A stretch of DNA of 64,000 nt from an uncultured candidate division Zixibacteria bacterium (lineage in GTDB: Bacteria; Zixibacteria; MSB-5A5; GN15; PGXB01), in the NCBI GenBank assembly GCA_963702205.1, contig OY969724.1, positions 2,912,001 to 2,976,000 on the forward strand. Direction: 5' to 3'. The notes below the pieces were generated by a model, which saw only the letters and a list, made by a program, of their open reading frames with translations, searched no databases and had not been told where the DNA came from. Made by a program: the position numbers and the translations under genes. Below are positions 41,802 to 50,742 of this stretch, one piece after another (position 1 is the stretch's first letter; every line of letters starts with the position of its first letter).

Positions 41802-43205
41802 TTGGACAAATGTCAACGCCCGCTTTGGACAATTCTGGCGGCATGCCTTGCCGCAATTGTCCTGATCGGTCCTGCGTTTGCAGCCGGGAATTATACCCTG
41901 GCTCTAAATCCGGGCATTGCGGCGCCACCGGTGACCGACAGCCCGGCGAAGGACATTAAGGCAAACCCGAATTACACCGGGCATCTGCGCATCTACGTAA
42001 CCGAGAAAATCTCCCGCTGGGCTGATTATTCCGGGGTCAAGTACGACAATGCGTTTCTGGACTTTGCCTATGAAGGCAATCTGAACCTCCCGTATCAGGG
42101 CTCTTTGACGGATACCATACTATGGGATGGCTCGCAATTGTGGTCCGATCTCCAGGCCAGTAATGTCAGAATTATGGCGGTTGTTTTCAATCCCGACGGG
42201 GTTCTCAGTTACAGCGATAATCAAAACCCCCACTCTAACCCCTTTACGGCCTATCAGGCGGATGCCACCGCCGCGGCCGATGAAACCGAGACATGGCCGA
42301 ATGTAACGGATTATCCCGGTTTCACGCATACGGTATTTATCGAAGAAGGCACGAGGACTACGTGACAATACTGCCCTCGGGCAAGAAGTGCGTTGCACTT
42401 CATAGATCTCTTCGATGATTATCCGTTTTTCTACGCGGCCATGGTCTGGAACAGAAACACCAAGGCCCAGGACAGACTTTACGGCGATTATAATTATTAT
42501 GCCGATCCTACCTGCTTTTATGACGGCGGCCATATGAATCTGGTGGGTGGCTATGTCGAACAAGACCCTTACCGTGATTTGATTATTGACGCCGGAGCGG
42601 TTGACGTCCACGACCTCGGTCTCGAAGTCAGCTGGACGTGGAAAGGCGGCGGCATAATCGAAATCTACTTCACCGTAACCAACAACGAACTGATTAACAA
42701 CGCTCCCATCGCCCCGAGCGAACCGATCGGACCCAGCGACGGCAATGCTGGAACCGAATATCAGTTTCAGGCATCCACGCTCGACGGCGAAGATAATGAA
42801 ATCTATTATATGTGGGATTGGGGTAATGGAGACTTCTCCGCATGGGAAGGTCCGTACAGCTCCGGGGAAACCTGCACCGAGCCGTATACATGGTTCGATG
42901 CCGGAACATACGACGTCCGGGTAAAAGCTAAAGATTCGTGGGATGCTGAAAGCGACTGGAGTTCGCCTTTGCCGATTGACGTTATTTCATTCGTATGCGG
43001 TGACGCCAGCGGCGACCAGCAGATCAACCTTCTGGATATTTTGTATTTGATTGCCTACAAATACAACGATCCGGCCGGACCGGCTCCCGACCCTGAGGAA
43101 GCCGGTGACGCCAATGGCGACGGCAGCGTCAATCTTCTGGATATACTTTATTTGATCGCAAATAAGTACAATACTCCTCCGGGACCGGATCCGGTTTGCC
43201 CGTAA
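41802..43205 (+). CDS. Secreted selenoprotein: Omp28-like/thioredoxin-like domain with UxxC, PKD-like domain and C-terminal dockerin
   Basis: ORFs 41802-42365 and 42393-43205 share one frame, separated only by TGA 42363-42365; read-through gives TVFIEEGTRTT-U-QYCP; signal peptide; paired dockerin repeats GD.SGD..INLLDILYLI. Confidence 0.8.
42385..42401 (+). promoter_or_regulatory. Candidate bacterial SECIS hairpin
   Basis: gaagtgc-GTT-gcacttc perfect 7-bp stem; loop G lies 27 nt after the UGA. Confidence 0.5.
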
Positions 43206-43227
43206 CCGGATATCTACTTCAAACAGG

Positions 43228-43255
43228 AAGGGGACAAGATTTTGTCCCCTTTTTT
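43228..43255 (+). terminator. Rho-independent terminator
   Basis: aaggggacaa-gatt-ttgtcccctt followed by a T-run. Confidence 0.85.
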
Positions 43256-43307
43256 AATGTGCAAAATCGGCCTTTTATTTTCCCGCATTATTGTGTTATA
43301 TATAGGC

Positions 43308-44945
43308 ATGAAAATAACGCTGGCCCAATTGAACCCGACCGTCGGAGCCATCGAGCAAAATCTCGAAAAGGCAGTTGACGTAATAAAAAACAACGCCGCC
43401 CGAACCGACCTGATAATCTTCTCCGAGCTGTACCTGACCGGTTATCCCCCGCGAGACCTGTTGTTCACTCACGGTTTTATGGATCGCGTGGATTCGGCGC
43501 GGCAAAAGTTGATGGATGTTACCAGCGGATATCCCGAAATCGGCATTGTTATGGGCCTTCCGACCAGAAAAGATAATGGAAACGGTCACCGAATGCATAA
43601 TTCGGCGGTGGTTTTACGAAACGGAAAGATCCTCGCGACCCGTCACAAAAGCCTGCTGCCTTCTTATGATGTTTTCGATGAGCCTCGTTATTTTGATCCC
43701 GCCGACGAAATCGCACCCGTGGAGTTTAAAAACCATCGTCCGGGGATTTCGATTTGTGAGGATTACTGGAACGAGCCCGAGTTATGGCCTTTTGGAGGCT
43801 ACAGTGTCGACCCGATAGAAAAACTCGCCGGTGCCGGGGCGGATATTTTCATAAATATTTCGGCCTCACCGTTTGTTCTGGGCAAGGATGAACTAAGAAA
43901 ACGATTGATCGGCAATCATGTGGCGCAACATAAACGAGCTTTTATATTCGTCAATCAGGTCGGCGGAAATGATGAGTTGATTTTCGACGGCCACAGCCTG
44001 TGTTTCGATGACAAGGGGCGAATTGTCGCGGAGCTCCCCGCGTTCGAGGAAAACGTAGTAACTCTTGATCTGGCGACAGATAATAAACCGGTGGATGCAC
44101 AACCGACCGATAAAGCCGAGCAGGCTTATAAGGGGCTTCTGTTGGGCGTGCAGGATTATATGGGCAAGACCGGTTTTACAAAGGCGGTCATAGGACTTTC
44201 CGGCGGAATCGATTCGGCGGTGGTTTGTACTCTGGCAGTCCGGGCCCTCGGGCCGGAAAACGTTACGGCGATCTCTATGCCGTCGGATTATACATCGGGC
44301 CTCAGCAAAAGCGCCGCCGCCGGGCTGGCCAAAAATCTCGGCATAGAATTTCTGACCGTTCCGATAAGCTCGATATATCAATCGTACCTCAAAGAATTGA
44401 AAAGCAGCTTGAATTCGGACGGTATGGACGTGGCTCTGGAGAATATTCAGGCCCGCATTCGCGGGAACATCCTGATGGCTTTTTCCAATCGTCACGGCCA
44501 CCTGTTGCTTACGACCGGAAACAAGAGCGAGATGGCGACCGGTTACTGCACGTTGTATGGTGACATGGCCGGAGGGTTGGCCGTTATATCAGACGTGCCC
44601 AAAACCATGGTTTATGAGCTGGCTGGTTTCATCAATCGAGCCGAAGAAGTGATTCCGCTCGAAATAATCGAACGCCCCCCGTCGGCAGAACTCAGACCCG
44701 ATCAAACCGATCAGGATACTCTTCCTCCCTATGAAGTCCTTGATGCCATTCTGCACTATTATATAGAAGAGGGGCTCAGCGCCAAAGAAATTACCGGAAA
44801 AGGTCACGATGCCGACACGGTTAAGTGGGTCATTCGGGCCATCAACAAAAACGAGTACAAGCGCCGCCAGGCTCCTCCCGGGTTGAAAATAACGTCCAAA
44901 GCTTTCGGGGCAGGTCGGCGTATGCCTATCGCCGCCAAATACTGA
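43308..44945 (+). CDS. nadE: Glutamine-dependent NAD+ synthetase
   Basis: Nitrilase domain (SEL, K, ICED); GLSGGIDS, ENIQARIRG, TGNKSE and PPSAELRPDQ. Confidence 0.96.
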   Translation: MKITLAQLNPTVGAIEQNLEKAVDVIKNNAARTDLIIFSELYLTGYPPRDLLFTHGFMDRVDSARQKLMDVTSGYPEIGIVMGLPTRKDNGNGHRMHNSAVVLRNGKILATRHKSLLPSYDVFDEPRYFDPADEIAPVEFKNHRPGISICEDYWNEPELWPFGGYSVDPIEKLAGAGADIFINISASPFVLGKDELRKRLIGNHVAQHKRAFIFVNQVGGNDELIFDGHSLCFDDKGRIVAELPAFEENVVTLDLATDNKPVDAQPTDKAEQAYKGLLLGVQDYMGKTGFTKAVIGLSGGIDSAVVCTLAVRALGPENVTAISMPSDYTSGLSKSAAAGLAKNLGIEFLTVPISSIYQSYLKELKSSLNSDGMDVALENIQARIRGNILMAFSNRHGHLLLTTGNKSEMATGYCTLYGDMAGGLAVISDVPKTMVYELAGFINRAEEVIPLEIIERPPSAELRPDQTDQDTLPPYEVLDAILHYYIEEGLSAKEITGKGHDADTVKWVIRAINKNEYKRRQAPPGLKITSKAFGAGRRMPIAAKY

Positions 44946-44956
44946 TTTCCAATAAA

Positions 44957-45883
44957 ATGATAAAATTAATTCTGACAATATTGATCTACTGCAGTTTTTC
45001 CATGACATTTGCGGCTGTTGATAGTGCGGACGCCGATGACAAGCCAACACCCTACGGTGAAACCGTCATGGAATTTTCCGATGGTCGTTTTTTTGTCATG
45101 GGTCACGTTGAAGGCAGTCGTGTGGGGCGTTTCCTGGTCGACCTTGGGGCATCCAATACGATCATTGCCCGTTCGGCGCTTGGCACGTCGGTTGATATGC
45201 AGGGCCTCGACGACGAACATTTACCTGCCATCATGGGTCTGCAGGGGAAAATCACTGACATAAAAGCCAGGGTCAATCCCGGGTATTTTAAAACCGGCAC
45301 GATTCGCATCAAAAACATAACGGCGTTCGTGGTCGATTCCCTGATGCAAATCGGCGACAGGGATGTTTCGGGCATCATCGGTCTCGATCTTTTGGGCCGT
45401 GCCCCGTGCCTTGGAATAATGATGTTATCCGGCCGAAAACCCGAATACGTACTGGAAATGGGTGGTTGTGATGAAAGCAGGGTCGACAGCACTACCTTCG
45501 ATTCACTGATGATACGAAACGACTATATAATAATTCCCGGAGCGATAAACGGACATCCGCTCTCGTTCATACTCGATACGGGGATGAAAAATTCACTTAT
45601 CACCCCGGAGGCGGCAAATGAAAGCCGTGTCATTTTAGATAGTAATTTCATAATGGTATATCAGGGGCTTGACCGCGTGTCCGATACCGCCATAGCCGGG
45701 CATGCTTCAAATGCGACTCTCGGAAATGCCCGGGTTGATCGTATCGGGTTGTATGTCGGCAACGTCCCCGCGGTACAAGGGGAATCGTTTCGTACCGAAG
45801 GAATATTGGGCAACGATATACTAACCCGTTTTCAGCGGCTGGAAATCGATTTCTCCCGGCAACGTTTCCGGCTGACACCATAG
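44957..45883 (+). CDS. Exported tandem retropepsin-like aspartyl protease
   Basis: Signal peptide; FLVDLGAS...GIIGLD and FILDTG...GILGND. Confidence 0.8.
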   Translation: MIKLILTILIYCSFSMTFAAVDSADADDKPTPYGETVMEFSDGRFFVMGHVEGSRVGRFLVDLGASNTIIARSALGTSVDMQGLDDEHLPAIMGLQGKITDIKARVNPGYFKTGTIRIKNITAFVVDSLMQIGDRDVSGIIGLDLLGRAPCLGIMMLSGRKPEYVLEMGGCDESRVDSTTFDSLMIRNDYIIIPGAINGHPLSFILDTGMKNSLITPEAANESRVILDSNFIMVYQGLDRVSDTAIAGHASNATLGNARVDRIGLYVGNVPAVQGESFRTEGILGNDILTRFQRLEIDFSRQRFRLTP

Positions 45884-45893
45884 GTTAACATAT

Positions 45894-46538
45894 ATGTCAA
45901 AAGGAAAACTCGCCAAATTCGCCGATCTCAAGACGTTTGGAAACGTTTTTGAGCAGCTTCCTCTACCCAGGGGTCAATGGGCCGGGTATTTCGGTAATAA
46001 CAATGATATCGTCCTGGAGCTGGCCTGCGGCAAGGCGGAGTATACTATCAACCTGGCCCTGCGGCACCCCGACCGCAATTACATCGGGATAGACCTCAAA
46101 GGCGCTCGTATCTGGCGTGGAGCCAAAACCGCCGAGGAAATGGATATATATAATGCAGCGTTTATAAGAAATAGAATCGAGCTATTGACGGAATATTTTG
46201 ATAGAGATGAAATCTCCGAAATCTGGATTACCTTTCCCGATCCGTACCCCAGACCGTGCAAGTCACAAAAAAGACTGACATCGGCTCGCTTTTTGACATT
46301 ATATGGTCAGGTCCTGAAAAAGGACGGATTGATTCATTTGAAAACCGACGCCGACGGCCTGTTCGATTTTACGCTGGAAACCATTGATGAAGAAAAATGC
46401 CGCATACACGAGATGACCCGCGATTTGTACGCCGCTCCGATCAATAATAAGGATTTGTTGATTCAGACAACGTTCGAAAAAAGCCATTTATTGAACAAAC
46501 GGACGATAAAATACGTCTCTTTCCGCCTTCCCGGCTGA
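45894..46538 (+). CDS. trmB: tRNA (guanine-N7)-methyltransferase
   Basis: LELACGK, FPDP, KRLT, HLKTD and TTFE motifs. Confidence 0.93.
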   Translation: MSKGKLAKFADLKTFGNVFEQLPLPRGQWAGYFGNNNDIVLELACGKAEYTINLALRHPDRNYIGIDLKGARIWRGAKTAEEMDIYNAAFIRNRIELLTEYFDRDEISEIWITFPDPYPRPCKSQKRLTSARFLTLYGQVLKKDGLIHLKTDADGLFDFTLETIDEEKCRIHEMTRDLYAAPINNKDLLIQTTFEKSHLLNKRTIKYVSFRLPG

Positions 46539-46586
46539 ATCAGAAACTAAAACTCGCTGCAAATTTAAAATACGACTCATAATCAC

Positions 46587-46615
46587 TTGACAAAATAAAT
46601 CGCATCTAATATTAT
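46587..46615 (+). promoter_or_regulatory. Sigma70-type promoter upstream of qmoA
   Basis: TTGACA-17 nt-TATTAT. Confidence 0.6.
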
Positions 46616-46674
46616 CAATAACAAATATTTTGGACGAAAAGCGGCAGAGAAATCTGCTTTTTAAATGGAAGTAT

Positions 46675-46692
46675 TTGTTAAAAATTTCACAA
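46675..46692. promoter_or_regulatory. Rex-like operator upstream of qmoA
   Basis: TTGTTAAAAATTTCACAA (1 mismatch to TTGTGAA-N4-TTCACAA); overlaps the -35 region of a TATAAT at 46710. Confidence 0.6.
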
Positions 46693-46764
46693 GCGGCACC
46701 GAAAAGACGTATAATGCTATAAAGGCCTGCCCTGCATTCGGGCCGGCAAACAAGGAGATGTGAA

Positions 46765-48042
46765 ATGGCTGAGTTTGAACCGCGCGAGGATACCATCACA
46801 GCCGATACTCTTGTGGTCGGTGGCGGTATCGCCGGTATGACGACAGCAATCGAAACAGCCGAGGTTGGTAAGGAAGTAATTCTGGCCGAGATGCTCCCCT
46901 CTTTGGGCGGACGCGTCGCCGGCACGAATAAATATTTCCCAAAGCTTTGTCCGCCGACCTGCGGCATCGAGATTAATCTTAGAAGAATTCGTTCCAATCG
47001 CAACGTCCGCGTCCTGACGCTGGCCAAAGTCGATAATATCACGGGCGAGCCGGGTAATTATGAGGCACAGATAACGCTGACGCCGCGCTTCATCAACGAA
47101 AAATGCACGGCCTGCGGCGAGTGCGAAAAGGTTTGCGAGATCGAACGCGATAACGAGTTTAATTATAACCTGGATAAAACCAAGGCGGTTTATCTTCCCC
47201 ACAGTGTGGCCTACCCGTTTCGCTATGTCATCGACCCGCAGTACGCCTCCGATGAACGGATGAAAAAATGTGCCGATGCCTGCGTGTACGGCGCCATCGA
47301 ACTCGATATGAAACCGCGCACGATCACGGCTAAAGTCAAGGCGGTGGTATGGTGCACCGGCTGGCGTCCGTACGATGCCACGAAAATCGAAAATCTCGGT
47401 TTCGGTAAAGTCAAAAATGTCATCACCAATGTCATCATGGAACGTCTGGCGTCGGAAAGCGGTCCGACCCGGGGCAAAATAGTCCGGCCGTCGGACGGCA
47501 AAGAAATAACGAAAATCGGATTCGTGCAGTGCGCCGGGTCCCGCGATGAAAATCACCTGCCGTACTGTTCGTCGGTGTGCTGTTTGGGGTCGATGAAGCA
47601 GGGCACATACATTCGCGAACGTTATCCCCAAGCCGAAATACACCTGTTTTATATCGACGTGCGCTCGCCGGGACGGATGGAAGATTTTTATGTCAAGCAA
47701 CAGGATGACGAAAAGTTTCATTTTCACCGGGGCAAGGTGGCCAAAGTAACCGAAAATCCCGCCAACGGCAACGTCATTCTCGAAGCCGAGAACACGATGA
47801 CCGGAGAAATCACTAAGATGGAAGTCGATATGGCGGTGCTGGCGGTCGGGATGGTCCCGAATACCGCCGATACGCCTCCCCCGCTCGACACTCCTCTGGA
47901 TGAATTCGGGTTCATTATTCCCGATACCGGCCAAGGAGTAATCGGAGCCGGAACCAGTATACGGCCAATGGAAGTGGCGGCGTCCGTGCAGGATGCCACC
48001 GGTGCGGCCCTGAAAGCCATCAACCACGGGATGAGGAGGTAG
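46765..48042 (+). CDS. qmoA: QmoA (HdrA-like flavo-iron-sulfur subunit)
   Basis: GGGIAG, KYFPKLCPPTCGIEIN and QCAGSRDENHLPYCSSVCC. Confidence 0.92.
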   Translation: MAEFEPREDTITADTLVVGGGIAGMTTAIETAEVGKEVILAEMLPSLGGRVAGTNKYFPKLCPPTCGIEINLRRIRSNRNVRVLTLAKVDNITGEPGNYEAQITLTPRFINEKCTACGECEKVCEIERDNEFNYNLDKTKAVYLPHSVAYPFRYVIDPQYASDERMKKCADACVYGAIELDMKPRTITAKVKAVVWCTGWRPYDATKIENLGFGKVKNVITNVIMERLASESGPTRGKIVRPSDGKEITKIGFVQCAGSRDENHLPYCSSVCCLGSMKQGTYIRERYPQAEIHLFYIDVRSPGRMEDFYVKQQDDEKFHFHRGKVAKVTENPANGNVILEAENTMTGEITKMEVDMAVLAVGMVPNTADTPPPLDTPLDEFGFIIPDTGQGVIGAGTSIRPMEVAASVQDATGAALKAINHGMRR

Positions 48043-48046
48043 CACC

Positions 48047-50281
48047 ATGGAACCAAAAATCGGATGTTATATCTGCAAGGGCTGTGACATCGCCCAATCG
48101 GTCGACGTCGATAAATTAATCAATGCCGCCAAAGAAAAGAAGGCGGGAGTATGCCGCACCCACGATGCTTTCTGCAATCCCGAAGGTCTGGAAATAATTA
48201 AAAACGACATCAAGAACGAAGGCGTTAATAAAGTCGTTCTGGGGGCTTGTTCGCCTCGTGTCTTTCCGGAAATTTTCGATTTCGGCGAGGACATACTGGT
48301 CGATCGTGCCGTCCTCAGAGAACACGTCGTCTGGTGTCATCCGCCGAATGACGAAGACACCCAGATGCTGGCCGAGGACGTCATCCGCATGTCGATGGCC
48401 AAGGTCGAAGCGACCAGTGTTCCCGTACCACTTATCGAAGACACCAGCAAAGACATTCTGGTGATCGGCGGCGGCATGACCGGTATGAACGCGGCCCTGG
48501 CCGCAGGCGACGCCGGGTACAAAGTGACGCTGGTCGAGAAGGAAGACAAGCTGGGCGGCTGGGCGACCACATACAAAAAAGTCTTTCCGAAGGTTCCGCC
48601 GTATCAGGAACTTCAGGATTCCGGTGTCGAGACTTTAATCGATCAGGTACAGAAACACGAAAATATAACGATCAAAACCGGATGCAAGGTCGACAAGACC
48701 AAAGGCCAGCCCGGCAAATTTCAAGTGACATTCAGCGGCGCGGCCGAGCCGACGATGTTCGGTTCGATAGTGCAGGCGACCGGATGGAAACCGTACGATA
48801 CCGCCAAGCTGGATTATCTCGGTTACGGCAAATCTCCGAACGTCGTCACCAACCTCGAACTTGAAAAAATGGTCGCGAACGGCGGAATCAAGAAACCGTC
48901 GGACGACAAACCGGTCGACAGCATTGCTTTCATTCAGTGTGCCGGATCGCGCGATCAGGATCATCTCCCCTATTGTTCTGCGGTTTGTTGCCGCGTGTCG
49001 CTGAAACAGGCGATGTACGTCAGGGAACAGTATCCTGACGCCAAGATCTATATCATATATAAGGACCTGCGCTCGCCGCAGCAGTACGAACTGTTTTACC
49101 AGTACGCCCAGAACGATGACGGCTTGTTTTTGACCAAGGGCGAAATCGCCGAAGTACGGGCCAGCAACGGTTCGGTCGAGATCGACGTCGAGGAGACTCT
49201 GCTCGGCGAAGACATAACGATCAAAGCCGACATGCTCGTGCTGGCGGCCGGAATGGTGCCGACGACCAAGGTCGAAACCGCTCCGGTTCCGGCCGAAGGC
49301 GAAGAAGCGGCAGAGCAACCGGCCGATGACGGCAAGACCGAAGACGGTAAGAAAGCCGCCGAAAGCGCCGAAAAAGGTGCGAAAATATTGAACCTAGCAT
49401 ACCGCCAGGGCACCGACCTGCCGACGCTAAAATACGGTTTTCCCGATTCACATTTCATTTGTTTCCCGTACGAAACGCGCCGTACCGCCATCTATGCCGC
49501 GGGATGCGTCCGCGCTCCCATGGATTTGTCCACGGCTCAAAACGACGCTTACGGTGCGGCTTTGAAGGCGATTCAGGCGGTCGAAGCGATTTCGCAGGGC
49601 AAAGCGGTGCATCCTCGGGCCGGCGATCTCAGTTATCCCGACTTCATGATGCAGAAGTGCACGCAGTGCAAGCGCTGCACCGAGGAATGTCCGTTCGGAG
49701 CTCTCGATGAAGACGACAAGGGCACGCCTCTTCCCAACCTGTACCGGTGCCGTCGCTGCGGCGTCTGTTTGGGTGCCTGTCCCGAGCGCATTATATCGTT
49801 CAAGAATTACAGCGTACGTATGGTATCGCAGATGATTCGTTCGATTCCCATACCGGACGAATTCGACGAGAAACCTCGCGTCCTCGCATTCATATGTGAA
49901 AACGACGCGCTGCCCGCGGTCGATTACGCCGGAATCAGGAGAATGCAGTACAACTCGATGATTCGCATCATCCCGTTGCGCTGCCTCGGTTCGATGAACT
50001 CCGTCTGGGTCAGCGACGCTCTGGCCAGCGGCTACGACGGGGTTCTGTTGATTGGCTGCAAGAAGGGCGACGATTATCAGTGCCACTTCATTCGCGGCAG
50101 CGAATTGGCCGACTACCGCATGGAAAACGTCCGCGAGAAGCTTAAACAACTGGTGCTCGAAGAAGAGCGGGTCGAATTCCACGAGTTGGCTATAACCGAT
50201 TATGACAAAATACCGAAAATCTTCGATGATTTTCTGGAGACAATGGATCGGGTCGGACCTAATCCATATAAGGGAATGTAG
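48047..50281 (+). CDS. qmoB: QmoB (HdrA-like plus ferredoxin plus MvhD/FlpD domain)
   Basis: QCAGSRD..HLPYCSAVCC, GFPDSHFICFPYETRR, CTQCKRCTEECP, CENDA, GCKKGDDYQCHF and GPNPYKG. Confidence 0.93.
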   Translation: MEPKIGCYICKGCDIAQSVDVDKLINAAKEKKAGVCRTHDAFCNPEGLEIIKNDIKNEGVNKVVLGACSPRVFPEIFDFGEDILVDRAVLREHVVWCHPPNDEDTQMLAEDVIRMSMAKVEATSVPVPLIEDTSKDILVIGGGMTGMNAALAAGDAGYKVTLVEKEDKLGGWATTYKKVFPKVPPYQELQDSGVETLIDQVQKHENITIKTGCKVDKTKGQPGKFQVTFSGAAEPTMFGSIVQATGWKPYDTAKLDYLGYGKSPNVVTNLELEKMVANGGIKKPSDDKPVDSIAFIQCAGSRDQDHLPYCSAVCCRVSLKQAMYVREQYPDAKIYIIYKDLRSPQQYELFYQYAQNDDGLFLTKGEIAEVRASNGSVEIDVEETLLGEDITIKADMLVLAAGMVPTTKVETAPVPAEGEEAAEQPADDGKTEDGKKAAESAEKGAKILNLAYRQGTDLPTLKYGFPDSHFICFPYETRRTAIYAAGCVRAPMDLSTAQNDAYGAALKAIQAVEAISQGKAVHPRAGDLSYPDFMMQKCTQCKRCTEECPFGALDEDDKGTPLPNLYRCRRCGVCLGACPERIISFKNYSVRMVSQMIRSIPIPDEFDEKPRVLAFICENDALPAVDYAGIRRMQYNSMIRIIPLRCLGSMNSVWVSDALASGYDGVLLIGCKKGDDYQCHFIRGSELADYRMENVREKLKQLVLEEERVEFHELAITDYDKIPKIFDDFLETMDRVGPNPYKGM

Positions 50282-50302
50282 GATTAAATTCCTGCGATTT
50301 TT

Positions 50303-50329
50303 AAAAGGACCCCAATGGGGTCCTTTTTT
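50303..50329 (+). terminator. Terminator after qmoB
   Basis: aaaaggacccc-aat-ggggtcctttttt. Confidence 0.85.
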
Positions 50330-50488
50330 ATATACGAAAGTATACCCCTACCTTGAAATTTCCGGCTCCGGTCCCAAAATCCATAATTATATAAAATCTC
50401 CCCGAATTACCATTTTTGAAAATAAGACTGTTTTGGACTTAATTCTATCGCACTGACACATAACACATTATAACACAATATGATATAA

Positions 50489-50557
50489 TTGTGAATTATT
50501 TCCCAAGCCTGCCGATAAAAATATATGGAAAGGCAAAGATAATGAAATTTTTCACAA
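50489..50557. promoter_or_regulatory. Two Rex-like operators upstream of dsrA (50489-50506 and 50540-50557)
   Basis: TTGTGAATTATTTCCCAA abuts TGaTATAAT; TAATGAAATTTTTCACAA precedes TTGACT-17 nt-TACTTT. Confidence 0.6.
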
Positions 50558-50621
50558 AATACTCTTGACTTGGGTTGCAAAATAAGTTACTTTTGGAACT
50601 TAGTAAATAGGAGGAAACCGC

Positions 50622-50693
50622 ATGGCCGGACATCTCGCAAAATTAATCAAAGCGGGTTTGCCCAAGTCTGGCGGGTGGATTTTAAGAGGCTGA
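50622..50693 (+). CDS. Putative 23-aa leader peptide upstream of dsrA (MAGHLAKLIKAGLPKSGGWILRG)
   Basis: Perfect AGGAGG 7 nt before the ATG, just downstream of a sigma70-like promoter. Confidence 0.4.
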   Translation: MAGHLAKLIKAGLPKSGGWILRG

Positions 50694-50742
50694 ATAACAA
50701 AGATTTAATATAAGAGACACACTTTTCAATCAAGGAGTTGCA

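Noticed and set aside
42990..43205. Cellulosome suggested by the dockerin
   Set aside because: No glycoside hydrolase or cohesin in the window; dockerin-like tails are common on non-cellulosomal secreted proteins.
50691..50708. Sec read-through of the leader-peptide TGA
   Set aside because: It adds only four residues after the TGA before a TAA, with no redox motif or hairpin.
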